A DNA stretch of 63,999 bases, the filler included, from an uncultured bacterium (GTDB lineage Bacteria; Latescibacterota; UBA2968), in the NCBI GenBank assembly GCA_964471275.1. It is 3 parts of 3 records of this genome, joined end to end, with 100 filler letters (N's around TTAATTAATTAA, not from the genome) between each part and the next. Parts side by side here need not be neighbours in the genome. Positions count along the whole stretch, not along the records: positions 22,935 to 45,530 come from CAYYGZ010000050.1; 2 more parts are not named here. One strand, written 5' to 3'. Positions 31,164-41,229 of the stretch are shown here, in pieces. A program made the position numbers and the translations under genes. A model generated the notes under the pieces. The model searched no databases and was not told the origin of the DNA. It worked only from the letters and a program-made list of their open reading frames with translations. Numbering within the stretch: position 1 is the stretch's first letter; each line of letters opens with the position of its first letter.

Positions 31164-31814
31164 CTAGAGCTCATCGACCGGCTTCGCACCGTATTTCTCG
31201 GATTCCAGTTCAATTTCGGCGAAGTGATACACAAGCAGTCCTGACTCGGAGACGCGCACTTCGGCGTGACCGCGGGCTGCCAGTTCTCTGAGCATGTCCT
31301 CTGTCTTGTCTACAGTCAGCCGCAGATCTGCTGCCGCTTCCAGAACCGTGAGGTTGCCTCCTCTGCCGCGTGCCAATCGGAGGAGCCGGTTCTGATCTTT
31401 GGCGTCGCGTTTGCGGTTTGCGGACTTGTGAATGAGGTGCCCTCCCCAGAATCCGAGTTGTCCTGATGCCAGGAGAGACAACCCTACAGCGATATTCTCC
31501 AAGTCCATCGGGGAGTCGGCAAAGCCGGTTGCCGCCGCGATCAGGCCACCCAAGGCCATCATCGCGGAAAAGCCTTTCATCGAGTAGGCGAAAACGTATC
31601 TCACGAAACAACCCCCGTCTGTGGCCAGATCGGAAAGCCGATCTGGGACTTCGTTCAGTTTCTGCTTGGCCGTCTTCAGGTCGCCTGCCGTCTTGGTCTG
31701 GTGCCAATCGTCTCGTGTCCAGCTCCATTCCCGCCGGACGTTCGATTCGGCGTCCTTGAGGGCACTTGTCACTTCAGAGACGATCCCGTCAACGATGTTA
31801 TGTGATTTAGGCAT
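31164..31814 (-). CDS. Two-TM membrane protein with C-terminal winged-helix-like domain
   Basis: Overlaps the pspA stop; two hydrophobic helices; LLRLARGRGGNLTVLEAAADLRLTVDKTEDMLRELAARGHAEVRVSESGLLVYHF. Confidence 0.75.
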   Translation of the reverse strand: MPKSHNIVDGIVSEVTSALKDAESNVRREWSWTRDDWHQTKTAGDLKTAKQKLNEVPDRLSDLATDGGCFVRYVFAYSMKGFSAMMALGGLIAAATGFADSPMDLENIAVGLSLLASGQLGFWGGHLIHKSANRKRDAKDQNRLLRLARGRGGNLTVLEAAADLRLTVDKTEDMLRELAARGHAEVRVSESGLLVYHFAEIELESEKYGAKPVDEL

Positions 31815-32484
31815 TGTCTTTGCCCATCTTCTTCTTCATCGCTTCAAGCTCTGCGTCCACGGTTTGCTTACGCTCGAGCTTGCTGAATTCTGTGTCCAGA
31901 CCTGGACCCGGACCGACGATTTCCTGGTGAGCATCCGCCTCGGCTTCCTCAGTCTCCACACGGTTCCGAAAACGCTCGAAGCTTGAGAAGGCATCATCGC
32001 CGATTCCAGATATCCCCTTGGCGATCTGCTTCCTGGCCTCTGCTGCACGTCGACGTGCGATCAGAGCGCCCTGACGCGTGCGTGCCTCGTCCAGTTTTGC
32101 CTTGAGTTGCTGCAGCTGCTGCTTGAGCTGCGTCGAAGTCTTCCGGCTCTCCTCGAGCGCTGCCTCCAGATCACCAATTGCTTCCTGGACCGCTGTCTTG
32201 CGTTCCAGCGCCCTCCGGGCCAGATCGTCTTCACCAGCCTCAACGGCGAGTTCAGCTTTCTTGTGCCAGGACTCGATCTGATCCTGCTCGTTCAGGTATT
32301 GCCGCTCGAGCCGCTTTTCGTTGGCCACGGCCGTACCCACAGATGCTGTCGCCTTGTTTACGGCCTCCTCCATTTCGAGGATCATCTGGCGGATCATCTT
32401 CTCGGGGTCCTCGGCGCGGTTGAGTATATCATTGATGTTTGCCTTCACGATGTCCGCCATTCGAGAGAAGATTCCCTTTGCCAT
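31807..32484 (-). CDS. pspA: PspA/IM30 (Vipp1, ESCRT-III-like) family protein
   Basis: GIFSRMADIVKANINDILNRAEDPEKMIRQ, A..A...G.DDLARRAL, FERF and VDAELEAMK; AAGGAG RBS. Confidence 0.96.
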   Translation of the reverse strand: MAKGIFSRMADIVKANINDILNRAEDPEKMIRQMILEMEEAVNKATASVGTAVANEKRLERQYLNEQDQIESWHKKAELAVEAGEDDLARRALERKTAVQEAIGDLEAALEESRKTSTQLKQQLQQLKAKLDEARTRQGALIARRRAAEARKQIAKGISGIGDDAFSSFERFRNRVETEEAEADAHQEIVGPGPGLDTEFSKLERKQTVDAELEAMKKKMGKDNA

Positions 32485-32556
32485 CTTACGTCTCCTTCAC
32501 GCTATCGTTTTTTTTCCAAATCGTCCAATGTCCTGTGCTGCCGTGCCTCTGCTTTT

Positions 32557-32572
32557 CGCAATGGCTGTGCCA
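32557..32572 (-). promoter_or_regulatory. Sigma54 (-24/-12) promoter of the pspA operon
   Basis: TGGCAC-AGCCA-TTGCG on the minus strand, about 73 bp upstream of the pspA ATG; matches TGGCAC-N5-TTGC. Confidence 0.85.
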
Positions 32573-32641
32573 CAGGATTCTCAGCACACTAAGAATCGCA
32601 TAACATGTTGTAAAATATCATTTTATCCATGTATTGAGCTT

Positions 32642-32716
32642 TGTGTATCCAACCTGGAATCTGGTGTATCCCACCAGATCATAAGGTGGATTGGACCAGC
32701 ATTGGTGAAAATAACC
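32642..32716. promoter_or_regulatory. Array of four candidate enhancer (UAS) boxes, GGTG-N5-NACC
   Basis: tGTG-tatcc-AACC (32642), GGTG-tatcc-CACC (32663, inside the perfect IR ATCTGGTG/CACCAGAT), GGTG-gattg-GACC (32685) and GGTG-aaaat-AACC (32704); spacing 21/22/19 bp. Confidence 0.65.
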
Positions 32717-32825
32717 TCTGTTCTGGCAGCTGCGTAGGGATTTCTGCGCAACCCACAACGTGCTCGGGGGTGCCTATACTTGATAAGATCTAGTCACCCT
32801 GTCCCCTCAGACGTCTCTCATACCT

Positions 32826-33941
32826 ATGAAGTTACCTCTGATTGGCACCATCCTCCTCTGTGGGATGCTTGGTGCCCGACCTGTCCAGTGCCTACCAAGC
32901 GTATACGAGGTGCGACCCGGGGATTCTCTCTGGGAAATCGCACGTCGTTTCGATACGTCCATCAACCTGATCCAGAAGCTCAACAAGCTGAAATCAACCC
33001 GGATATACCCGGGTCAGAAGCTTCAGATCGGATCCGGTATCCAGGAGATTTTGGTAGCGAACGGCCCCTACTACTACCGGGGGCCCACGAGTCCTAGCCA
33101 GAAGTCGACGGGCTACGTGGAATCATCCAGGAATGGTGCGCTGCAAGACTTCCGGAATGCGACCAGGCTTCTGCAAGCTTACCGGGTCGAGCTCGAGGAC
33201 CGGTTTGGCAAGGCAAGGAGAAGAAGTCGTCCACTGAAGGGGTGGAAGATCGTCCTGGATCCCGGTCACGGAGGTCGAGATCCGGGAGCCATCGTCTCGA
33301 ACAGGGATGGCAGAGATCGCACGGTGAACGTCGTCGAGGACGAGTATGTCTACGACGTGGCGATGCGAGTGATGGGACGTTTGATTCTCTACGGGGCGGA
33401 TGTGGAGTTGACCCTGCTGAGCCCCAACCATCTGAAACGAGACAACGTTCCTGCCGGTGCAACGTTTGTGAATGAGCAGAACGAGGTCTACAACGACGAG
33501 GGCTACAACCGGAGGAAAGACCCGATGGTCCGTCCCGGTTCCCATAACATCCAGCGCCGCGTGATCGTGGCCAATCGATTCCTCAAGTCGAGTCGCCGAG
33601 GGAGGAGTCTCTTCCTGTCTCTCCACGCCGACAACAGCCCCAAGAGGCCGAAGGGCCCACTCGTGATCTATCACAGGAAGGGAAATCGAGTCGATCGTCC
33701 CTCCCGGGCATTCGCCGAGATAATGCAAAGGGCGCTCGATCATCCTGCCGTACCGTCGCAGATAGGTGCCCGCAATCTGGCGGTGTTGAGGGATAACAAG
33801 GCGCACGCGGAAGTGCTTATCGAGATTCGGAATGTGTCAGATGTGGGTGATGCGTGGGCACTCCGGTTTCACGGTAAACGTCAGGAGGATGCTGAATCCA
33901 TCGTGCGTGGCGTGCTGGATTACGTGAAGAAAGAAGGTTAG
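32826..33941 (+). CDS. LysM + N-acetylmuramoyl-L-alanine amidase (Amidase_3)
   Basis: Signal peptide, LysM YEVRPGDSLWEIA, LDPGHGG.DPGA, SLHAD and LIE motifs. Confidence 0.88.
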   Translation: MKLPLIGTILLCGMLGARPVQCLPSVYEVRPGDSLWEIARRFDTSINLIQKLNKLKSTRIYPGQKLQIGSGIQEILVANGPYYYRGPTSPSQKSTGYVESSRNGALQDFRNATRLLQAYRVELEDRFGKARRRSRPLKGWKIVLDPGHGGRDPGAIVSNRDGRDRTVNVVEDEYVYDVAMRVMGRLILYGADVELTLLSPNHLKRDNVPAGATFVNEQNEVYNDEGYNRRKDPMVRPGSHNIQRRVIVANRFLKSSRRGRSLFLSLHADNSPKRPKGPLVIYHRKGNRVDRPSRAFAEIMQRALDHPAVPSQIGARNLAVLRDNKAHAEVLIEIRNVSDVGDAWALRFHGKRQEDAESIVRGVLDYVKKEG

Positions 33942-33945
33942 GGGA

Positions 33946-36348
33946 TCAGACGTCAGGTCTGAATTGCTTGAGACGCAGCGCGTTTGTCACGACCGTCACC
34001 GAGCTGAATGCCATTGCGCCGGCGGCCAGCATCGGCCCACCCCAGGGTGTCAGGAGGCCGAAGGCTGCGACGGGAATCAGGGTAACGTTGTATGCAAAAG
34101 CCCAGAAGAGATTCTGGCGGATAATACGCATGGTCTGTCTGGACAGGTTGATGATTGCCGGAATACCTTGAAGGTCGTCTGACATCAGGGCGACATCCGC
34201 AGATTCGATCGCAACGTCGGTGCCTGTCCCGATCGCGATGCCCACGTCGGCCTGGGCGAGCGCCGGTGCGTCATTGATGCCGTCACCCACCATCGCGACG
34301 ACCCCGCGCTGCTCCTGCAGAGAGACAATCCGCGCGGCCTTATCTTCCGGTCGCACGTCTGCAACAACGAGATCGAGACCGACCTGACGTGCCACCGCCT
34401 CCGCAGTCTGAAGGTTGTCTCCTGTCAACATAGCGACCTCGATGCCATCGCTCTTCAGACGTCTGACGACTTCTGCTGAACACGATTTGACCTGGTCTGC
34501 GACGGCGATCAAGCCCGCATAGACACCTTCCACGGACACGAACACCGCTGTCTTTGCCTGGCCGCGTATTTCCTCTGCCCGGGCCTCCTCGACCAAGCAT
34601 CCCTCCTGTCTCAGGAATCGCTCGTTCCCCAGCAGGACTTCCTTACCCTCGACACGCCCTCTCAACCCGCCGCCGGCAACGGCCTCGAAGTGATCGGGCA
34701 CCGGCGATCCCAGGTTCCGGTGCCGGGCAGCCTCTACGATCGCCGACCCGATGGGGTGTTCCGAATTCCGCTCCATCGAGGCCGCCGTTCCGAGGACCGA
34801 ATCCACCGTTTGGCCACCTGCAGGGAGGATGTCGGTAACGGTGGGATGGCCGTGTGTCAACGTGCCCGTCTTGTCGAGGATGACCATTTTTATACGGTGT
34901 GCGGTTTCTACGATGTCCCCGCTCTTGATGAGGAGGCCGAGTTCTGCACCCTTGCCCGTTCCCACGAGTATGGCGGTGGGTGTGGCGAGTCCCAGCGCGC
35001 ACGGACAGGAGATGATGAGCACGGCAACCGCGTTGATCATCCCGTCAGAGACAGATCCTGTGGTGAACCACCACGCAAGGAAGGTCACGGTCGCGATGCC
35101 GAAGACTACTGGGACGAAGATCGATGCAATTCGGTCGGCCAGTCGCTGGATCGGCGGGCGAGACGTCTGAGCCTGTTTGACTAGGCTGATGATTCGTGCA
35201 AGAGCGGTGTCCGATCCAACGCCCGTTGCCTCGAAGTAGAAGCTGCCGGTCTTGTTTATCGTGCCGCCGGTGACGCCATTGCCGACCTGCTTCTCGACAG
35301 GCATGCTTTCACCCGTGATGAGCGATTCGTCGACACTCGAGTGCCCATCGAGTATCCGACCGTCAACGGGAACGCGGTCGCCTGGACGGACGTGTATCCG
35401 GTCGCCTACGACGACCTGATCGACGGGTATGTCGGCTGTGACGTCGTCTCTCACAACGCGTGCGACCTCTGGCTGCAGGCATATCAACGCACGGATTGCG
35501 TCGGAGGTCCTGTTGCGGGCTCGCTGCTCCAGGAAGCGTCCCAGAAGGACAAAGGTTATAATCATCGTGGCCGTGTCAAAGTAGAGGTGCTCACTGCCAC
35601 TCGATCCGGTGATCAAACTCGATGCGGTGACTGCGAGGCTGTACCCGAAAGCGGACAGCGTGCCCACCGCAATCAGGCTGTTCATGTTCGTGGCACCGTG
35701 GCGAAGGCCCGAGAGGAATCCAGAAAGGAATGGCCAGCCGCACCAGAACTGGGCGGGTAAAGTCATGACCGCCATTGCCACCGGGATGGCCGAGGATGGA
35801 ATCAGCTCTTGACCCACGCTGGATCCAAGCACCATCAGCGAGGCGCTGATGATTCCCGAGACAACGGCCCGAATCGCCAAACGATCATCCGGTTCTCTGT
35901 CTTGTGACTTCGCTGCGGATCTGACCGTGTAGCCCGCTCCCTCGACGGCTTTGTGCAACGATCCGGGTTCGCCGGCTATATATTGAATTGTGGCTTCGCT
36001 CGTCGCAAGATTTACGACAGCTGTCTGTACACCCGACGTCGACTCCAGCGCTCTCTGAACGCGTCCCACACACGCGGCACACGACATCCCGTCGATGAGG
36101 AACGTGATCGTGTCTATGGGGATGGGGTAGCCTGCCGATTCCAAGGATGTGATGATCTTCTGGAGACTGCATAAAGCATCGTCGAACGCGATCGTGGCCT
36201 CATTCGTGGCGAGGTTGACGACCGCACTCTCTACGCCTGCCGTCTCCCGAATGGCACGTTCGACACGGCTAACGCACGCGGCACACGACATCCCGTCGAT
36301 TGCGATCGTGATTCGTGTGAGTTCGGTGGGGTCCGCGTGAGGGCTCAT
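33946..36348 (-). CDS. copA: Cu(I)-translocating P1B-type ATPase
   Basis: Two GMSCAAC HMA domains, [24 protein letters not shown] and MAFSS motifs. Confidence 0.94.
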   Translation of the reverse strand: MSPHADPTELTRITIAIDGMSCAACVSRVERAIRETAGVESAVVNLATNEATIAFDDALCSLQKIITSLESAGYPIPIDTITFLIDGMSCAACVGRVQRALESTSGVQTAVVNLATSEATIQYIAGEPGSLHKAVEGAGYTVRSAAKSQDREPDDRLAIRAVVSGIISASLMVLGSSVGQELIPSSAIPVAMAVMTLPAQFWCGWPFLSGFLSGLRHGATNMNSLIAVGTLSAFGYSLAVTASSLITGSSGSEHLYFDTATMIITFVLLGRFLEQRARNRTSDAIRALICLQPEVARVVRDDVTADIPVDQVVVGDRIHVRPGDRVPVDGRILDGHSSVDESLITGESMPVEKQVGNGVTGGTINKTGSFYFEATGVGSDTALARIISLVKQAQTSRPPIQRLADRIASIFVPVVFGIATVTFLAWWFTTGSVSDGMINAVAVLIISCPCALGLATPTAILVGTGKGAELGLLIKSGDIVETAHRIKMVILDKTGTLTHGHPTVTDILPAGGQTVDSVLGTAASMERNSEHPIGSAIVEAARHRNLGSPVPDHFEAVAGGGLRGRVEGKEVLLGNERFLRQEGCLVEEARAEEIRGQAKTAVFVSVEGVYAGLIAVADQVKSCSAEVVRRLKSDGIEVAMLTGDNLQTAEAVARQVGLDLVVADVRPEDKAARIVSLQEQRGVVAMVGDGINDAPALAQADVGIAIGTGTDVAIESADVALMSDDLQGIPAIINLSRQTMRIIRQNLFWAFAYNVTLIPVAAFGLLTPWGGPMLAAGAMAFSSVTVVTNALRLKQFRPDV

Positions 36349-36354
36349 CTTGCC

Positions 36355-36382
36355 AATATACCCGAGACCTGTGTTCACTCAA
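36355..36382 (-). promoter_or_regulatory. Putative sigma70 promoter of copA (possibly leaderless mRNA)
   Basis: TTGAGT-N16-TATATT, with ATG 6 nt downstream of the -10 box. Confidence 0.4.
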
Positions 36383-36404
36383 CAGGTAGGTGAGAAATAA
36401 CGTA

Positions 36405-36426
36405 GCCCTCATCGGATGATGAGGGC
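36405..36426. repeat. Perfect 9-bp inverted repeat (terminator or operator)
   Basis: GCCCTCATC-ggat-GATGAGGGC between the parA remnant and copA. Confidence 0.5.
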
Positions 36427-36456
36427 CCGTGTCCAAGAAGCATTTTCGGTTGCGAG

Positions 36457-37207
36457 TTAGGCTCGCAGCCGGACAACCTCTTCGCATAACGCGTCATATT
36501 CCTGGGCAACACGTGATGTCGACGAAAACGCAACCGCTGGCTTGCCGGCGAGGTTCGCCTGGTTGAGCGACTCGCTCTTAGAGATGACAGATCGCATCAG
36601 ATGAGATCTGTGTTCCTCCAGAAGCTCCTCGACTAGCGCACTTGTACGTGTTGTACGTATCTCGAACATGGTTGTCAGGATACGGTAGCCGAGGTCAACG
36701 ACTTCCTCGTCTCAGAGTTCGGCTGCCGAGTCCAGAAGGTGATCCAGGCCGGCGATCGATCCCACCCCAGGCTGCACGGGGATGATCAGGAGATCGGCGG
36801 CCACGAGCGCATTGTAGGACAGCACACCAAGGACCGGTGGACAATCGATGACGATGAAGTCGTATTCATCAGTAACATGGCTCAGCGCCTTTGCCAGACG
36901 CTCTTCCCGTCGGATGCGGGTCTGGAGCAATTTGGCTGTCTCCGTGAGCCGGCCCGTGGATCCGACGATGTCGAGGCTCTCATAGTCCGTCGGCAGATTG
37001 AGCGAACGGCCTGCGATGGTTTCTCCATGATCAGGTCACTGATATCCCCTTCTGGTTCACCCGCCAGGAAGCATCGTGTTGAGTGGGCCTGGGGATCCAG
37101 GTCGACGATAAGCGTTCTACGATTCCGGGCGGCGAGACCTGTCGCCCGGTTGACCTTGTGGTCGTTTTGCCGACCTCTCCCTTGGTGTTCATGATCGCAA
37201 TGATCAC
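36457..37207 (-). pseudogene. ParA/Soj family ATPase, disrupted
   Basis: MIIAIMNTKGEVGKTTT, DLDPQAH and IDCPP lie in different frames; in-frame TGA at 36712. Confidence 0.85.
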
Positions 37208-37224
37208 GGGTGCTCCCTCTGCGT

Positions 37225-38337
37225 TTATAGCTGATCAGGGTTGAGTGGTTTGAGGTCATCGACAACAAATAGGCCGTCCTTCCGGATGATCTCGTCGTCA
37301 AAATGGATTTCGCCGCCACCAAACTCCGGGGTCTGGATCATGACCATATCCCAGTGAACGGACGACCGATTCGTATTGTCGGCGTCCTCGTAAGCCTGGC
37401 CGGGCGTGAAGTGGAAGGATCCGGCGATCTTCTCGTCAAAGAGGATGTCGAGCATGGGACGATGGATGTGCGGGTTGAAGCCGATCGCGAATTCCCCGAT
37501 GTATCTCGCGCCCTCATCCGTGTCAAGTATCTCGTTCAGTTTCACGGTGTCGCTGGAAGTCGCATTGATAATCCGACCTTTCTCGAAGGTAAGCGTGATA
37601 TCCGTGAAAGTGACACCATGGTACAGGGTTGGGGTGTTGTAGCATATCGTGCCCTCGACGGAATCTCGGACAGGCGCCGTAAAACACTCGCCGTCCGGGA
37701 TGTTATGACTGCCGGAACAGCCGCAGACAGGAATGTCACCGATGCTGAATTGAAGATCGGTGCCCGGACCGGTCAAACGGATCCGATCAGCTGCTGACAT
37801 CCTGTCTATGAGCGGAACCATTGCCTGGGCCATTCTGGCATAGTCGAGCGTACAGACGTCAAAGTAGAAAGATTCGAAGGCCTCCGTGCTGCGCCCGGCT
37901 TGTTGCGCCATGGAGGGGGTCGGCCACCTGAGGACGACCCACTTGGTTTTGGGCACCCGGATGTCGAAGTGGACGGGTTTCAACCAGCTGTTCTCGAATC
38001 GATTCATTGCTTCCGTGGGCACGTCAGACATTTCCGTGATGTTCCAGCTGCCACGAACACCGATGTAGGCGTCCATTTTCTGCATTCGGTATGCTTCGTA
38101 GTCACCGGCCAGTGCGATGTTGCTGTCACTCCCGGTTCGAATCAGCTCACGCTGAATCCGGTTGTGTTTAAGCGTCACCACAGGATTGGCACCTCGGGCA
38201 CGTATTTCGCGAATCAGCGCGATGGCCATCTCGTCCGGGATGTCGATAGCCTCTATAAGGACGTTTTCGTCCTTCTGAATCCGTGTTGAATGTCCAGTCA
38301 GCACCGCGGCCAATTTTTCGTATCTTGGATCGTGCAT
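37225..38337 (-). CDS. M29 family aminopeptidase
   Basis: [31 protein letters not shown] and SSVHWD motifs. Confidence 0.92.
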   Translation of the reverse strand: MHDPRYEKLAAVLTGHSTRIQKDENVLIEAIDIPDEMAIALIREIRARGANPVVTLKHNRIQRELIRTGSDSNIALAGDYEAYRMQKMDAYIGVRGSWNITEMSDVPTEAMNRFENSWLKPVHFDIRVPKTKWVVLRWPTPSMAQQAGRSTEAFESFYFDVCTLDYARMAQAMVPLIDRMSAADRIRLTGPGTDLQFSIGDIPVCGCSGSHNIPDGECFTAPVRDSVEGTICYNTPTLYHGVTFTDITLTFEKGRIINATSSDTVKLNEILDTDEGARYIGEFAIGFNPHIHRPMLDILFDEKIAGSFHFTPGQAYEDADNTNRSSVHWDMVMIQTPEFGGGEIHFDDEIIRKDGLFVVDDLKPLNPDQL

Positions 38338-38444
38338 ATCACCTTCCGTTGCGTCGTTTTCTTGCGATTTTCGCCTCGTAAGATAAGGCAAGGCCCTGTG
38401 GCTGGCTACCCATATACCGAACGCGCTTGTCCCGGAGAGATCGT

Positions 38445-39209
38445 TTGAAATTCAGACCGTGTATTGATCTCCGTGGTGGAAAGGTTGTCCAGATTGTTGG
38501 GTCCACCTTGGAGACGAAGGGGACGATCACCAATTTCGAGGCGGAGGAGTCTCCTCTGCACTTCGCCGGGCGGTATCGTCGGGACGGGCTGACCGGTGGC
38601 CACGTCATACAGCTAGGCGCAGGTAACGAGATCGCTGCACGCGAGGCACTGGCAGGCTATCCGCAGGGAATGCAGATCGGGGGCGGGATCAACCCCGAGA
38701 ATGCCCAGGTCTATCTGGATGCGGGCGCAAGTCACGTCATTGTGACGTCCTATGTTTTTCGCGAAGGACGACTGGATCAAAGGGCCCTCGATGAGATGGT
38801 CGGGGCCGCGGGGTCGGCACGGCTTGTACTCGACCTGAGTTGCCGATTCCGAGAGGGGGCCTACTACGTGGTAACCGATCGCTGGCAATCGTATACGGAG
38901 CTCGAGGTGAATGAGGCAACGCTGGCGAATCTGGCCCGCCACTGTGACGAATTCCTCGTGCACGGCGTCGATGTCGAGGGGAAGCGATTGGGGATTCAGG
39001 AATCTCTGGTCCAGCTTCTGGGGAAGGACAGCCCGATTCCTGTGACGTATGCGGGTGGGGCACAGTCGCTTGCTGACCTGGATCTGGTCGACCGGCTAGG
39101 AGAGGGGCGAGTCGATCTGACCATCGGGAGTGCGCTAGACATTTTCGGTGGGGATGTACTTTATCGAGACGTTGTGGCCTGGCATCGGGCACGGAACGGA
39201 GAAGCCTAG
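38445..39209 (+). CDS. hisA: ProFAR isomerase, eukaryotic His6-type HisA
   Basis: [37 protein letters not shown] and [11 protein letters not shown] motifs. Confidence 0.92.
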   Translation: MKFRPCIDLRGGKVVQIVGSTLETKGTITNFEAEESPLHFAGRYRRDGLTGGHVIQLGAGNEIAAREALAGYPQGMQIGGGINPENAQVYLDAGASHVIVTSYVFREGRLDQRALDEMVGAAGSARLVLDLSCRFREGAYYVVTDRWQSYTELEVNEATLANLARHCDEFLVHGVDVEGKRLGIQESLVQLLGKDSPIPVTYAGGAQSLADLDLVDRLGEGRVDLTIGSALDIFGGDVLYRDVVAWHRARNGEA

Positions 39210-40231
39210 TGATACGGCTGAGAGACCTTGGTGAATTCGAGATGATCGATCTGATCGCCCACCACCAGCCTGCTGCGCGCGGCCGGCTGATCAAGGGCAT
39301 CGGTGATGACTGCGCCGTGATCGCCGGTGACGGTGATCAGGTTACGGTCGTGACGACGGATACGATGGTCGAGGGTGTGCATTTTGATCTCACAACCTCT
39401 ACGCCCGAGGGGTTGGGTGCGAAACTGCTTGCGGTGAATCTCTCGGACATCGCAGCAATGGGTGGCGCTCCTCGGGAAGCCTTCCTGGCTATGTCCGCGT
39501 CGCCTGACTTCGATGCGACGATCCTGGAGAGGCTTGTTGGGGGGCTTCAGGCCAGCGGATTCCGATTCGGTGTTCAACTGGCTGGGGGGGATACGACCTC
39601 TACTCACGGTCCGCTCGTGTTGACGCTGACGATGATCGGATCCTGCAGGCCGGATCGCGTGATCTACCGCTCCGGAGCATCTGTGGGAGACTCGGTCTTT
39701 GTCACGGGATACCCGGGCGAGTCCGCGGCTGGTCTGGATCTGTCGTCGAAGACGAGTCGCCTCGATCCCGGAGATCGCGAGCATCTCCTCCGGAGGCATC
39801 ATCGGCCGGAACCCAGACTTGCGATCGGACAAGGGCTCGCCGATCGCGGTATTGCCTCCTCAATGATCGATGTCTCAGACGGGCTTGCAGGGGACCTCGC
39901 CCACATCTGTCGGCAGAGCGCAGTCGACATCGTGATCGACCCCACGCTGCTTCCGGTGTCCGACGCATTGCGAGCCTACTGTGACTCGGCAGGCAGGCAC
40001 CCCACGGATCTGGTGCTGGGTGGGGGGGAGGATTATGAGCTTGCCTTCACGGCGAACGTAGGCAATTTTCCTACAGACTGGACCGGCGAGTGCCGATTGA
40101 CGTACATCGGGAAAGTGATTCCAGGTCCGGGCAGTGTCAGAATCGGCACAGATGAAGATTCACAAACAGTTGATAATAATGGTTTTGATCACTTTTCGGG
40201 TGGACAGGGGGGCACCTTCCAACCTGTGTGA
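39209..40231 (+). CDS. thiL: Thiamine-monophosphate kinase
   Basis: GEFEMI, GIGDDCA, NLSDIAAMG, GGDT, IDVSDGL and GGEDYEL motifs. Confidence 0.94.
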   Translation: MIRLRDLGEFEMIDLIAHHQPAARGRLIKGIGDDCAVIAGDGDQVTVVTTDTMVEGVHFDLTTSTPEGLGAKLLAVNLSDIAAMGGAPREAFLAMSASPDFDATILERLVGGLQASGFRFGVQLAGGDTTSTHGPLVLTLTMIGSCRPDRVIYRSGASVGDSVFVTGYPGESAAGLDLSSKTSRLDPGDREHLLRRHHRPEPRLAIGQGLADRGIASSMIDVSDGLAGDLAHICRQSAVDIVIDPTLLPVSDALRAYCDSAGRHPTDLVLGGGEDYELAFTANVGNFPTDWTGECRLTYIGKVIPGPGSVRIGTDEDSQTVDNNGFDHFSGGQGGTFQPV

Positions 40232-40237
40232 TCTGAG

Positions 40238-40684
40238 TCAAATACCCGTTATCGAAACGATAACAGATTTACGATGTGGTGCTGCGTTTCTCGTCAGCCA
40301 CACAAATTCAGACCAAGCCAGAACCGGATATGCAGCATTTGAGGCCTTGTTCCATGCCCCCAGAGCGTCCTTACGAACATTGAACTGATGCACCTGTTTC
40401 ATCCAGTCGTGACAGCAGTTCAGGGCAACCCGGTACAACCACGTGAAGAATTTCGATTGCTCCCTGAATCCGTCTATCCCACCATATGCGCGAAGGAAAA
40501 CTATCTGAGTAATGTCCTCCGCATCGTCAGGGACCTTCGTGTACTTCAGCGCCAGGTGCAGAACACGCCCCCGGTGGCGATTATACCGAGTCTGAAACGC
40601 CTTCTGAGAGCCGCTGCGGAAGCGCGCACACAGCTCGGCATTTGATCCAGTCTCATCCGCCCATTTGTTCGGTACTCGTCCCAT
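40238..40684 (-). pseudogene. Truncated ECF sigma factor (region 2 only)
   Basis: DAEDITQIVFLRAY..F..QSKFFTWLYRVALN; no region-4 HTH. Confidence 0.7.
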
Positions 40685-40845
40685 ACTTCGCTCCCTTGGC
40701 TGACGCTAAGGGTAGCGAATCCATGCCTGCTAGTCTGTAGGACATTCGTCTTGCCTACGTAAACGGATTGTAACTGCCATCGCGGCATCCTTCTGCGGCG
40801 AAGCTTTCACTCCATCCCCCCGACCACATAAGCACCGCGTGTCCC

Positions 40846-41229
40846 CTATACGGCCGGCTGCAGCAGAACGGTTATATCGGAAGAATCGAGCAAGTTCGGT
40901 TCTGCCTTTAGCGTGCGGATTTTCGATCGAAGATCCTGAATGTCTCGCTCGAGTGCACCCCTCTCCCGGCGCAAGCGCAAGATCTGTTCTTCATTCTCTT
41001 CGATTTGGCGATCTCTCTCGAGTTCCGATCGCGAGGCCGCCGCCGCTTCCATCCGTGCGAGGTTTTGATGCCTCCGCATCCTGGCGTCGCTGATCAGCCC
41101 GTCCTTGATCGCAGCAAGATGCTCTATCAGTTCCTCTTCCGGATGCGAGACGGATTCCTCCGGAACCCTCGTCGGTGTCTCCGGCGAATGCGTCAGGGCG
41201 GAAGAGGGGGGCTGGGTAGGTGTAAACAT
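40846..41229 (-). CDS. Coiled-coil hypothetical protein or fragment
   Basis: E/R-rich heptads; no RBS; abuts a divergent fragment. Confidence 0.4.
   Translation of the reverse strand: MFTPTQPPSSALTHSPETPTRVPEESVSHPEEELIEHLAAIKDGLISDARMRRHQNLARMEAAAASRSELERDRQIEENEEQILRLRRERGALERDIQDLRSKIRTLKAEPNLLDSSDITVLLQPAV

Noticed and set aside
32642..32716. Periodic boxes as a mini CRISPR array
   Set aside because: The units are 13-bp degenerate palindromes with 6-9 bp gaps and there are no cas genes; they fit transcription-factor sites.
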